Source: an uncultured Lachnospiraceae bacterium
GTDB lineage: Bacteria > Bacillota > Clostridia > Lachnospirales > Lachnospiraceae
NCBI GenBank assembly: GCA_902783395.1
Contig: CACZRA010000194.1
Span: 1 to 36,223 of the forward strand
DNA: 36,223 nucleotides
Direction: 5' to 3'
The notes below the pieces were generated by a model. That model was not told the origin of the DNA. It saw nothing but the letters and a program-made list of their open reading frames with translations, and searched no databases. The position numbers and the translations under genes were made by a program. Below, in pieces: positions 1 to 10,300 of the stretch. Positions within the stretch are counted from its first letter, which is position 1. Each line of letters begins with the position of its first letter.

Positions 1-645
1 CCCTGCTATGTGAATTCAAGGCTTGCGGCACAGGGCATTCCCGTTTCCTGCGAGGTCGATATCTACGGAGTTCTTTCAGAGTATATCGGTACCTGTATCT
101 CCGGTGATGCGGTAACCCTTCTTGATATCAATAATTCCGTACCCAAGGATATGTATAAGGAATCCATCGAGGGCAAGTTCCCTTACGTACATACGGATAC
201 ATTCATGGGATTCCATTGCGGAAATACCTGCTCCTCCAAGATCTGTGATCCTCATCTTTCATATCAGAGGATCATGGCCCGTACCCACCCGAAAGATTGG
301 TGTGACGGTACTCTTGAAGGCGATATCAAGCCCGGAGATATCACATTCTACAGGCTTCAGTCTACGGCAGACGGCAAGCTTCGCGCTTATCTTGCAGAGG
401 GCGAGGTGCTTCCGGTGGCTACTAAGTCCTTCGGATCCATCGGTGTGTTCGCGATCAAGGAAATGGGACGGTTCTACCGTCATGTCCTTATCGGTAAGAA
501 TTATCCTCACCACGGAGCTGTTATGTTCGGTCATTTCGGAAAGGCGCTCTTTGAGGTTTACAAGTATATCGGAGTGGATCTTGGCGAGATCGGATATAAT
601 CAGCCTGCATCCCTTCCCTATCCTTCGGAGAATCCGTATAAATAA
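1..645 (+). CDS. L-fucose/L-arabinose isomerase family protein, C-terminal part (5' end outside window)
   Basis: Frame is open from base 1 (PCYVNSRL...). Motifs GIPVSCEVDIYG, FHCGN and C-terminal YPHHGAV resemble the fucose-isomerase-like family. Stop TAA at 643-645. Confidence 0.75.
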   Translation, partial: PCYVNSRLAAQGIPVSCEVDIYGVLSEYIGTCISGDAVTLLDINNSVPKDMYKESIEGKFPYVHTDTFMGFHCGNTCSSKICDPHLSYQRIMARTHPKDWCDGTLEGDIKPGDITFYRLQSTADGKLRAYLAEGEVLPVATKSFGSIGVFAIKEMGRFYRHVLIGKNYPHHGAVMFGHFGKALFEVYKYIGVDLGEIGYNQPASLPYPSENPYK

Positions 646-672
646 TAAGGAATTCAGGATGATAAAACCCGG

Positions 673-707
673 GGCTGCGCGTATGATACGCGCAGCCTTT
701 TGTTTTG
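673..707 (+). terminator. Intrinsic terminator after the isomerase gene
   Basis: Perfect 11-bp stem GGCTGCGCGTA-tga-TACGCGCAGCC (673-697) followed by a T-rich tail TTTTGTTTT. Confidence 0.85.
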
Positions 708-716
708 TGGTAAAAT
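706..716 (+). promoter_or_regulatory. Extended -10 promoter element of uvrC (probably leaderless)
   Basis: TGTG-G-TAAAAT at 706-716, 6 nt upstream of ATG 723; no Shine-Dalgarno in front of the ATG. Confidence 0.55.
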
Positions 717-722
717 CTCTGT

Positions 723-2576
723 ATGGGCAAAGAGTTTGATATTGAATCGGAATTAAAAAAACTTCCCAGGTCTCCGGGAGTCTATCTTATGCACGATACG
801 GACGATGTGATCATATACATCGGAAAGGCCGTTAATCTTTTCAACCGGGTTCACTCATATTTCAGAAAAACGACAAAGTCAGAGAAGATAAAAAGGATGG
901 TATCCCAGATCGCATGGTTCGAGTATATACTGACCGATTCCGAGCTGGAAGCGCTTGTTCTTGAAAACAATCTGATAAAGGAGCATCGCCCGAAGTATAA
1001 TACCATGCTCAAGGATGACAAGACTTATCCGTATATTAAGGTAACGGTCAGCGAGCCTTATCCCCGCATATTGTTTTCCAGGACAATGAAGAAGGATAAG
1101 GCAAAATATTTCGGCCCCTATACATCCGGCTACGGCGTAAGGGAGACCATCGAGCTCATCAACAGGATCTACATGCTCAGGACCTGTAACAGAGTGCTTC
1201 CAAGGGACAGGGGGAAGGACAGGCCCTGTCTGAACTATCATCTGAAACAATGCTCCGCCCCGTGCAGAAGCGGCTTTACCGGACAGGATGATAAGGCGTA
1301 CGGAGATAGCGTGAGGGGCGCACTTGAATTTCTTAACGGACAGTATGAACCGGTGATCAACTCACTGCAGGAGAGGATGGAAGCGGCATCCGAAAGACTC
1401 GATTTTGAAAATGCAGCCTCGTACAGGGATCTTATAGAGTCTGTGCGCTCCGTTTCCGAGAAGCAGAAGATAACTGCCCTTGACGGAGAGGACAGGGATG
1501 TCATCGCTCTTAACCGCGACAGGGAGGATGCGGTCGTCGTGATATTTTTCGTCAGAGAGGGAAGGCTTATAGGCAGGGATCATTATGTACTGAGCCACGT
1601 AGCGGGAGATGCAGAGGATGCGGAGGTTATGAATGATTTTCTGGGGCAGTTCTATACAGGTACCCCCTTTGTGCCGAGAGAGATAATGCTCGAGACGGAG
1701 GTAGCGGATAAAGAGATACTGGAGAGCTTTCTTTCCGAAAAGCGCGGAGGAAGGGTTTCGATACTTGTTCCGAAGATAGGACAGAAGGAACGGCTTGTGG
1801 AGCTTGCACATCGTAATGCCGGAATGATACTGGAGAATTCAAAAGAAAGGATCAAACGAGAGGAAGGAAGGACTATAGGAGCCGCAAAGGAGATAGCCGG
1901 ATGGCTGGGGCTTTCTGACGTGAACCGGATGGAATCCTACGATATCTCACATATTTCGGGATTTGATTCTGTCGGGAGTATGGTGGTCTTTGAGAAGGGG
2001 AAGGCTAAAAGATCCGATTACAGAAAATTCCGTCTTTCCTCTGATATAGGAAACAATGATTATGAATCCATGAGGGAAGTGCTGACCAGACGGTTTACCC
2101 ACGAAGCCCGGTCGGAATTTGACAGCTTCAGCCGCTTCCCGGATCTGATACTCATGGACGGAGGGAAGGGGCAGGTGAATATCTGCCTTGAGGTTCTCAG
2201 GGATCTCGGTATAGATATACCTGTTGCCGGCATGGTGAAGGATGACAGACATAAGACACGGGGAATATACTATGATGAAAGGGAGATCCCGATAGATACG
2301 CATTCGGAGGGATTTAAGCTGGCAGTACGTATTCAGGACGAGGTTCACAGATTTGCGATCGAGTATCACCGTTCTTTAAGATCTGTGAGCCAGGTGCATT
2401 CTGTCCTCGATGATATACCGGGAATAGGGCCTGCCAGAAGAAAGGCTCTCATGAGACATTTCGGAGAAATAGAAAGGATACGTGAAGCGGATATGGATGA
2501 GCTTTCAAAGGTAGAAGGAATGAATGCAAAGGCAGCGGCCGCAGTAGAGGAGTTCTTCAGGGATAAGGAAAAATGA
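723..2576 (+). CDS. uvrC: Excinuclease ABC subunit C
   Basis: 617 aa. N-terminal GIY-YIG (PGVYLM...IYIGKAVNL), UVR helix (AASERLDFENAA), RNase H-like ESYDISH / DGGKGQ / RIQDEVHRFA, C-terminal HhH (IPGIGP). Confidence 0.98.
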   Translation: MGKEFDIESELKKLPRSPGVYLMHDTDDVIIYIGKAVNLFNRVHSYFRKTTKSEKIKRMVSQIAWFEYILTDSELEALVLENNLIKEHRPKYNTMLKDDKTYPYIKVTVSEPYPRILFSRTMKKDKAKYFGPYTSGYGVRETIELINRIYMLRTCNRVLPRDRGKDRPCLNYHLKQCSAPCRSGFTGQDDKAYGDSVRGALEFLNGQYEPVINSLQERMEAASERLDFENAASYRDLIESVRSVSEKQKITALDGEDRDVIALNRDREDAVVVIFFVREGRLIGRDHYVLSHVAGDAEDAEVMNDFLGQFYTGTPFVPREIMLETEVADKEILESFLSEKRGGRVSILVPKIGQKERLVELAHRNAGMILENSKERIKREEGRTIGAAKEIAGWLGLSDVNRMESYDISHISGFDSVGSMVVFEKGKAKRSDYRKFRLSSDIGNNDYESMREVLTRRFTHEARSEFDSFSRFPDLILMDGGKGQVNICLEVLRDLGIDIPVAGMVKDDRHKTRGIYYDEREIPIDTHSEGFKLAVRIQDEVHRFAIEYHRSLRSVSQVHSVLDDIPGIGPARRKALMRHFGEIERIREADMDELSKVEGMNAKAAAAVEEFFRDKEK

Positions 2577-3616
2577 TCTTCTGGATCTTTCTTGCATCAG
2601 CTTTTGCCTGGCTTATCGTGATGCTTACAGAGCGCCGAACGGTTTTGAGCGGTTTTCTTCTGCTGCTTACCGGTTTTTTGCTCGGAAGCTTCATTATATC
2701 GGAGGCTGTCAGAAGGCCGGAATGGTTTTCCGAGCATCTTTTGTTCCATATCCTTCTCGATATCGAGCTTATATTCCTTTCTGTCCTGCTGATAGCGTAT
2801 CCGCTTGTGCTGATACCCGTATTTCTCATAGGCGGTCTTGTGATAATGAAAAAGGAGGGAGTAAGGTTCAGGAACGGGCTGTCCATAGGTCTCGCGGCAT
2901 TGCTTATCCTGTTTGAGACGATATACCCCATGGTTTTTGATGTCACGGCTCCGGGCCTTCCGATGTGGATATACTGGTATATGACGATCATTTCAATGTA
3001 TTTCGTCATACAGCTTGCTTCCTTCTGGCTGTCCGATGTACTGAATCTGATCCATATAAAAAAGAATAAGGGAATACGTTATGTCGTGGTCCTTGGGGCG
3101 GGACTTTCCGGAGAAAAGCCTACTCCGCTGCTGAGATCCAGGATTGACAGGGGGATCGAGGTATACAGAAATAATCCGGGCGCAAAGCTCGTCATGTCCG
3201 GAGGCCAGGGTAAGGATGAGCTTCTTCCCGAAAGCTATGCGATGGCTGACTATGCCGTGTCTGTCGGAGTGCCGGATGAAGATATCATAAGGGAGGCCGG
3301 GTCGAAGAATACGGATGAGAATATACGGTTTTCCTATGAAATGATAAAGGAAGACAGCGGGGATGAGCCTGCCGGAAAAAGGGTCTCCGACATTGCAGTC
3401 GTTACAAGCTCATACCATGTGATGCGGGCTCTTCTTATAGCAAGACGTCAGCATGTAAAATGCATAGGCTACGGAGCAAGGACGAAGCTGTATTTTTCAT
3501 TAAACGCCATGCTGAGGGAATACGCGGGTTATTTCAGGGATACCCGGATCACAAGGATAGTTCATATCCTTATAGTAACGATATTGTATGTCATGTTCAT
3601 AATAAGCCGGACCTGA
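2573..3616 (+). CDS. YdcF/DUF218 (SanA/ElyC-like) membrane protein
   Basis: Several N-terminal hydrophobic helices, then DUF218 motifs VVVLGAG, SGGQG, E-x-x-S-x-NT-x-EN, VTSSYHVMRA, REY. ATGA overlap with the uvrC stop. Confidence 0.88.
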   Translation: MIFWIFLASAFAWLIVMLTERRTVLSGFLLLLTGFLLGSFIISEAVRRPEWFSEHLLFHILLDIELIFLSVLLIAYPLVLIPVFLIGGLVIMKKEGVRFRNGLSIGLAALLILFETIYPMVFDVTAPGLPMWIYWYMTIISMYFVIQLASFWLSDVLNLIHIKKNKGIRYVVVLGAGLSGEKPTPLLRSRIDRGIEVYRNNPGAKLVMSGGQGKDELLPESYAMADYAVSVGVPDEDIIREAGSKNTDENIRFSYEMIKEDSGDEPAGKRVSDIAVVTSSYHVMRALLIARRQHVKCIGYGARTKLYFSLNAMLREYAGYFRDTRITRIVHILIVTILYVMFIISRT

Positions 3617-3625
3617 GGCCGGACT

Positions 3626-6600
3626 CTACTTCATTGTATCGTCAGTGATCATTGCCCGTACGGTATCATTCAGATCCCGGACCAGTGCGTTCATGCTGTC
3701 CTCGGAATAAAGATTGCCGTGATAATCTATTTTCCAGATAATATCCCCGCTTTTTTTCTGGACGGGCTGCACTATCAGTTTTATACTTTCGTAGACCGTC
3801 CTTTCCTGCAGAGAGATCACTTTGATCTTATGGCCGTCCATCTCGTATTCCTCAGGAGAATAAGGCTGATACAGGTAGACTATGTCAAGAGCATTGGGAT
3901 ACTTTTCGAAAATGCTCATAATGGGCATGATAGGAAACGTCTGTACATTGAGCAGCATTCTGTCAATCTCTCTTAAATACTCTTTACATGAGGTGTGCTT
4001 TCCGGGATTACAGAAAGCCTCAAGAGCAGTGGCTATATAGCCGATCGAGTTTGAGAGACGGGAATCATTCCGTCCGCTGTATCCAAAGGAGAAAGCGATG
4101 CTTTCTCGCTTCGTATGACCGGCGAGTACGATCCCGAGAGCTCCCGCTAAAAGGGTGCTTTCCGTAAGCCGGTTTTTTGTACAGTATTCCTTAAGCTCAC
4201 TTCCGCTTACGGAAAGAGGGCTGTCAAGGTATGCCGGTCTCCATTTTTCCTCGTTTTTATCAGGAGGGAACGTAACTGCACCTCCCACATTGTCAAAGAT
4301 CTTCATATACATATCCGTGCAGATCTTTCCGGCTTTTGTATCCCAGAAGCCTGAGAGGAATTCTCCGTATTCCAATGCGGTAAGCTGTTCCGGTTCAGGT
4401 TCTTTTCCCTCATAGGCGGCAATGATGTCCTCTATGATGATAGAGATCGAGGCGCCGTCGGAATTCAGATGATTGTAATCGGTAAAAAGATACTTTTTAG
4501 AAGGAGTTTCTATGATCTCGAATTTAAAAAGCCATTTACCGTCGGGTGGCAGCGGGGTGCACAGCTCATGTATCCTGCTGTCAAGCCCGGAATCATCTAT
4601 AAAGGAAACCCGGATATCATAATCTCTGAAATCATCCTGGGGAATCTGATACAGCTCGTTTTCTTCATCGGGCTCAAGGCGTAGCGTCAGTCCCGGATGA
4701 ACGGCCATGGTCTTATATACAGCCTCCCTGAGACGGCCGGTGTCTACATCTTTATCCATTTCATAAAGGGTCGGAAGATCCAATTCATTTCCGCCGGCTT
4801 TAGCCTCGTTATATCCGGTGATCTGTCTCTCGGTAGCGTGGTATCTATCCAGCTTTCCCGTTTTCTTTAGTTTGGGGGCGGAGCTTATGAACTGTTCCAG
4901 ATCCATGATCGTCGGATGCTGAACAAAGTCACCGATATTTATGGCAATATTGAATTCGCTCCCTATCAGTGAGATGAAAAGCATAATGTCAAGCGATGAA
5001 AGACCGCCGTCGGGAAGATTCTGGTCAATGCCGAACGCTCTGTCTTCTATAACGGAATTCAGGAGCTTAAGAAGCGTCTCCTGGGTTTCTGTTTCCGGTC
5101 CGCGCAGCTGCTCATCCTTCACCTCATGCTGCGGTATCGGAAGAGCTTTACGATTTGCTTTTTTATTCTCCGTCATAGGCATTTCGTCAAGTTTCATGTA
5201 AATATCGGGGAGCATGTAATGTGCCAGATGCTCTTTGGCGTAGGTCCGGATCTCTGATTCCGCAACACCCTTTTCCGATGTGTAATAGAGGCAGAGGTAA
5301 CGGCCTTCAATAGCGGCGGCAACGCAGATGTCTATGCCGTCCATACCGTTCATTACAGATTCGACTTCTCCCAGTTCGATACGCAGACCTCTTATTTTAA
5401 CCTGAAAATCCTTCCTGCCGAAGGATTCGATCTCATTGTCGCTGTTTATCCTGCAGAGATCGCCGCTTTTGTAAGCTCTCATGCCCTTGTATCCTATAAA
5501 TAATTCAGCCGTTTTTTCCGGAAGATTGATATAGCCCCTGCCCACGCATTTGCCTGCTATGAGAAGCTCTCCTGTCTCACCCTTCGGCAGTTCATTTCCC
5601 TGCTCGTCTATGACGGTTACTTCGACATTTGTATGAGGGAACCCTATCGTGATGTTCTCAGCGCTCTGAAGTATCTTAGTGGTGCATATTATGGTCGTCT
5701 CGGTCGGACCATAGCTGTTTAATATGGCGACATCGGGATTGTATTCCCTGATGCGTGTATAAAGAGCCGGGAGGAAGGGCTCAGCACAGAAAACCACAGC
5801 CTTAAGTCCGGCGATCGCTTTGTCTACTCCGTTAAGCTTCATCATGCCCGAAAGGTAGCTGGGAGTGAAAACAGCTCCGTCCACATGATTGTCAACCATG
5901 AGCTTTATGAGCTTTGCAGGATTTGCGATCTCATCAAATAAGGCAAATACAGATGTGTGGCCGGTCACAAGAGGGATGTACTCTTCCATTACGGAGACAT
6001 CAAAAGTCATCTGGGCCATGGCAAGGCTTCGGGTGCTCTTTCCGGCAAGTTCCGTAAATCCCGGGTTGTCCGGAGCGTCTATGAGAAAATTGCTAAGGTT
6101 TCCATGCTCAAGCATTACACCCTTTGGCTTGCCTGTGGAGCCGGAGGTGTACTTTACATAGCAGAGATCCCCGGGATATATGACGGTGTCGGGGTTCTGT
6201 ATTTCCATGCTGCTCAATATATGTTCAAAGAAAAGCGGCCTTTTCTGAAGTCTGTCCACAAACAGCTCAAGTCTGTCATATACCGTGTCCAGGGAGGATA
6301 TGATGAATTTTGCCCCGGAATCTTTATATATATACTCGATCCTTTCATCAGGATATCTTGGATTGACTACCGCATATGCACAGCCGGCCTTAAGGGCTCC
6401 TATAGTGGCTGCATATATCTCTATGCCTCTTTCCAGCAGTATGCAGACGATGTCATCCGGGCCGGCATCCATATTGATAAGGGTGTTTGCGATCTTATTT
6501 GCCGATTCGTTGAGCTCTTTATACGAATATGATCCCTTTGAGGATACTACCGCGGGATGTCCGGGGTGGAGCTCTGCCTGTTTCTCAAACATCCTGGTAA

Positions 6601-6997
6601 CGGGAACAAAGTCGGAAGGGAGAGTATGCCGGCGGTCTGTTCTGCTGCCGGCTGTCGAAGGAATATCCGGTCCTCCGGTTTTTTCTTCCCCCTTCAGCTC
6701 GATCCCCAATACATCCTCCAGACCGGTAATGCTTATCACATCATATACACTGTCGGATACATTCAGGATGCGCAGATCTTTAACTCTTTTTTTTAATTCC
6801 AGCAGGATCCTGATCCCGGCTGATGAGATAAACGCAAGCTTGTCGGCATCTATTATTATCCTGTCTATGGAAGAACCGCTGTTTTCAGTATCTGCTATAT
6901 ATTCAAAGATCCTGTCGTATGCAGCTTCTGCGGTGTCATAGTCCAGTTTTTTATCAAGTATGATGCTGAATAATCCTTCACTGTATCCGAGCTTCAT
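3626..6997 (-). CDS. Single-module NRPS-like protein, STAS-A-T-C architecture
   Basis: N-terminal STAS/anti-sigma-antagonist signature (IIIDADKLAFISSAGIRILL). A-domain cores YTSGSTGKPKG, FDVS, NSYGPTE, YKSGDL, GRKDFQVKIRGLRIELGEVE, NKK. Carrier motif GGLSSL. C-domain motif NHLNSDG. Start placed at ATG 6997 because GGAGGG lies just upstream; the ORF track starts at 7021. Confidence 0.9.
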   Translation of the reverse strand: MKLGYSEGLFSIILDKKLDYDTAEAAYDRIFEYIADTENSGSSIDRIIIDADKLAFISSAGIRILLELKKRVKDLRILNVSDSVYDVISITGLEDVLGIELKGEEKTGGPDIPSTAGSRTDRRHTLPSDFVPVTRMFEKQAELHPGHPAVVSSKGSYSYKELNESANKIANTLINMDAGPDDIVCILLERGIEIYAATIGALKAGCAYAVVNPRYPDERIEYIYKDSGAKFIISSLDTVYDRLELFVDRLQKRPLFFEHILSSMEIQNPDTVIYPGDLCYVKYTSGSTGKPKGVMLEHGNLSNFLIDAPDNPGFTELAGKSTRSLAMAQMTFDVSVMEEYIPLVTGHTSVFALFDEIANPAKLIKLMVDNHVDGAVFTPSYLSGMMKLNGVDKAIAGLKAVVFCAEPFLPALYTRIREYNPDVAILNSYGPTETTIICTTKILQSAENITIGFPHTNVEVTVIDEQGNELPKGETGELLIAGKCVGRGYINLPEKTAELFIGYKGMRAYKSGDLCRINSDNEIESFGRKDFQVKIRGLRIELGEVESVMNGMDGIDICVAAAIEGRYLCLYYTSEKGVAESEIRTYAKEHLAHYMLPDIYMKLDEMPMTENKKANRKALPIPQHEVKDEQLRGPETETQETLLKLLNSVIEDRAFGIDQNLPDGGLSSLDIMLFISLIGSEFNIAINIGDFVQHPTIMDLEQFISSAPKLKKTGKLDRYHATERQITGYNEAKAGGNELDLPTLYEMDKDVDTGRLREAVYKTMAVHPGLTLRLEPDEENELYQIPQDDFRDYDIRVSFIDDSGLDSRIHELCTPLPPDGKWLFKFEIIETPSKKYLFTDYNHLNSDGASISIIIEDIIAAYEGKEPEPEQLTALEYGEFLSGFWDTKAGKICTDMYMKIFDNVGGAVTFPPDKNEEKWRPAYLDSPLSVSGSELKEYCTKNRLTESTLLAGALGIVLAGHTKRESIAFSFGYSGRNDSRLSNSIGYIATALEAFCNPGKHTSCKEYLREIDRMLLNVQTFPIMPIMSIFEKYPNALDIVYLYQPYSPEEYEMDGHKIKVISLQERTVYESIKLIVQPVQKKSGDIIWKIDYHGNLYSEDSMNALVRDLNDTVRAMITDDTMK

Positions 6998-7055
6998 TTT
7001 TCCCTCCATACGCCGCATCATTCGCGGTGATCATCGTTTCGCTTTAGTTTCGAGA

Positions 7056-7083
7056 ATTTTACCATAACTGGCGTAAATATGAA
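7056..7083 (-). promoter_or_regulatory. Putative sigma-A promoter of the NRPS-like gene
   Basis: Minus strand reads TTCATA-N16-TAAAAT with the extended TG motif (TGG TAAAAT). Confidence 0.5.
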
Positions 7084-7169
7084 AGAACTCATCCCATATA
7101 TTGAGCATTCCGGAGTGGAAAAACTGTTTTGCCACAAAATGTAGTCGTACTGTTCGAAAAATATTTTTT

Positions 7170-7198
7170 TTGACAAATCCGTCATTTATTCGTATATA
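7170..7198 (+). promoter_or_regulatory. Putative sigma-A promoter of the surface-protein gene
   Basis: Perfect TTGACA at 7170-7175, 17-nt spacer, imperfect -10 TATATA at 7193-7198; AT-rich upstream tract. Confidence 0.45.
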
Positions 7199-7307
7199 TA
7201 AGCAGACGATATTGTGTCTTTCTGACACATTGTCTTGAAAATATATATGGTGATAACTGTATCATGTTGATCAACCGGATCAAGAAACAAAGGAGGAAAA
7301 GCAGATT

Positions 7308-10300
7308 ATGAAGAAGAAAAAAACGATATCACTGATACTGGCTATCGTGCTCTCGTTTGCGGTATTCATACAGAATATCCAGGCGATAAGGACAGTCAGA
7401 GCCGCAGAGCCCGACTATGGATACGGCGACTTCGACGATGACGGTGACGGCGACGATGGCAGTGGCGGATATGATGAAGAGGCCAGCAGGGCAGCGGCAG
7501 AGCAGGCGAGCCGTGAGGCTGCGGAGCAGGCGAGCCGTGAAAAGGCAGAAGAGGCCAGCAGAGCGGCAGAGCAGGCAAGCAAAGAGGCTGCAGAAGCTGA
7601 GGAGGCGCGTAAGAAGCAGGAGGCGATGGACAAGATCGCAAAGGAAAACGAAGAAGCCCAGAAACAGCAGTCACAGGATGATGCGGCCAAGGCAGCTCAG
7701 GAGCTTGCGGACAAGAAAACACAGGAAGCGGAAAAAGCAGCCAGCGGAAGTGATAATGATAAAAACCAGAAGGTTTATAAGATAAATGCATCTCCGGCAT
7801 CCATCAATTTCGGAGAAGCACCTGCCGGAGGAGACAGGCCGGTATATACCGTTCAGGTAAATAACGTGGGTACGGAAGCAGTGGATTTTGATTTTTCTTT
7901 CGGATCAAACACAGGTGCGTTTACCTGTACGCTGAACGGGATAACGGATGGCAATTCTTACAATATCGCTAAGAACGGAGCTGCCATATTCCAGGTTTCG
8001 ATGAAGAATAACCTTTCGGTGGGAACATATACGGATTCACTTGTATTCAGAGTGACAACACCCGGAGCTCCGGCGTGCAGCTCTACAGTCTCTCTTAAGG
8101 GAACGGTGGAATCAGCACAGTCAAAGATAAAGAGCGTATCCGTAAGTCCTCAGAACTATAAGCTTTCGGTAGGGGACAATTATCAGTTCACCGCCACGGT
8201 AAAGGATGCCGACGGTGAGACAAAGGGTGTCAGCCAGGATGTTTCCTGGGAGGTAAGAGGAGCTAGATCGGGAGCGACTGATATTTCTTCAAGCGGTGTG
8301 CTCTCAATAGCCAGGGATGAGTCGTCTTCATCCCTTACGGTTTATGCTTTCTCAATGGATGCTCCGTCGGTGTACGGTACATCGAATGTAATACCTCAGA
8401 GGAGCGGATATAATGTCAGCGTAGCATCAGATCCAAAGGACGGAGGAACGGTAACAGGCGGAGGTTCCGTACCTGAAGGTGGATCGGTGACCCTTACGGC
8501 GATACCTAACAAGAATTATTCATTCGTAGGCTGGATAAGAGACGGCCAGAAGGTATCGACCGCAACAAACTATACGATAGACGACATATATTCAAGCATA
8601 GGCGTTACCGCAAAGTTTGACAGAAAATATGTGACCATTGATCTTGACAGGAATAATGATGACGGCGGAAAGGTTTCCGGCGGAGGCAAGATCAAATACG
8701 GAGACAGCACCACGATCACCGCAAAGGCAAATGACGGTTATGTATTTACCGGCTGGAAGGAAGACGGAAGCATCATAAGCAAGGACGCTTCCCTTAAGCT
8801 GAAGGACTGCAAGGAGGACCGCAAGATAAAGGGAATGTTTGAGAGAACGTCCCATACGATCACCTTATATGCCAGTCCTGCAGAGGGAGGAAAGGTATCC
8901 GGAGGAGGCACTTTCTCCATAAACCAGGGAACTACCGTGACTGCTACACCTAATTCCGGCTACACGTTTGTAGGCTGGGAGGTAAACGGACAGATCGTAA
9001 ACAGAAATGCAAAGGTAAAGATAGACAGACTGGAGGAAGATTACAAATGTACCGCTATCTTCATAAAGACAGGTATCACGTCATATGAGATATCGGCAGG
9101 AGTCGCGACCACAGGCGGTTCCATCAGTCCCAGCGGAAAGCGTACGGTTGCCCAGGGACAGAATATAACCTACACGATAGTCCCTAAGGCGGGATATGCT
9201 ATACTTGCTGTAGCCGTGGACAATGTACAGGTGGGACCGGTAAGCTCATATACTTTCTCCAATGTACAGTCTAACCATACGATAGCAGCAGCCTTCCTTC
9301 TTACCGATGCAGGAAAGGCCAAGGGTGCTTCGACTCAGTCCACTAAAGTGGAGAAGAAGCAGAAGACCCCTGAAAATACGGCCAGTTCAAACTCAACCGT
9401 AACCATAGACGATGCTCTTTCAGGTGAAGGCGGAGACGATTATGTGGAGGAAATGCATGATATTGACACCCTGCCGGTTCCCACCGATGAAGAGCTCGGA
9501 GTGACTGAGGAGGACTCATTCTACTCAGATGTGGCGGGCATGCTCGGTGTATCGCAGGAAGAAGCACGTGAGATGGCAATGTCAGGAGACAGGAGCCAGA
9601 TAGCAAGGGCAGCATTCTACGCGGGAGCACTTGATGCGTCTGCCGAGAACGAACTGGAACCTAAGAATATGAACGGTGTGGATTATTCATCGATGACTTC
9701 GGAAGAACTGATGCAGCTGCCTGAGGAAGAGATCTATCCCAGCTATACCAATCTGGATGTGGTAGTCGAAAACCTGCTGACAACAGATGACATGGTAGCA
9801 CTGGTCGACGGCGGAACAGAGAGCGTTGCGATAAGCCTTACGAAGCTCGGAAAATATGACGTACCTCCTTCGGATGAACAGGTGATAAAGAAGAACGCTG
9901 TAGGACAGAAGCCGCTTCAGTACTTTGATCTGTCGATGCTTAAGACGGTAAACGGCTATACGGATAATGTACATGAGATTGGCGATACCCTTGAGATCGT
10001 TATTGAAATACCGGACGAGATCTATAAGGCCGGAAAAACATATTCCGTTCTCAGGGTGCATGAAGGAGAGCTCAAGGTACTGCCGGATCTGGATGATAAT
10101 CCTAAGACGATAACATTCAGGACAGACCGCTTCTCATCCTATGCCATAGCCCAGGAAGTAGCGTCAAGCAAACAGATGGTCATATGGTTCTCGCTCGGAG
10201 CACTCATTGCTCTGCTTATAGGCCTCACCTGCTTCCTTATCCTGATCATACATCAGGCAAAGATGAGGAAGGAAAGAAGACGTATCCGTGCTGAGCAGCG

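Noticed and set aside
3606-3624. GCCGGAC direct repeat at the YdcF/NRPS junction, and CCGGATA repeat after hypD, as target-site duplications
   Set aside because: Only 7 bp, adjacent rather than flanking an element, and CCGG is very frequent in this sequence.
7031-7228. 65-aa minus-strand ORF in the divergent promoter region
   Set aside because: No SD, overlaps both predicted promoters, no recognisable motif.
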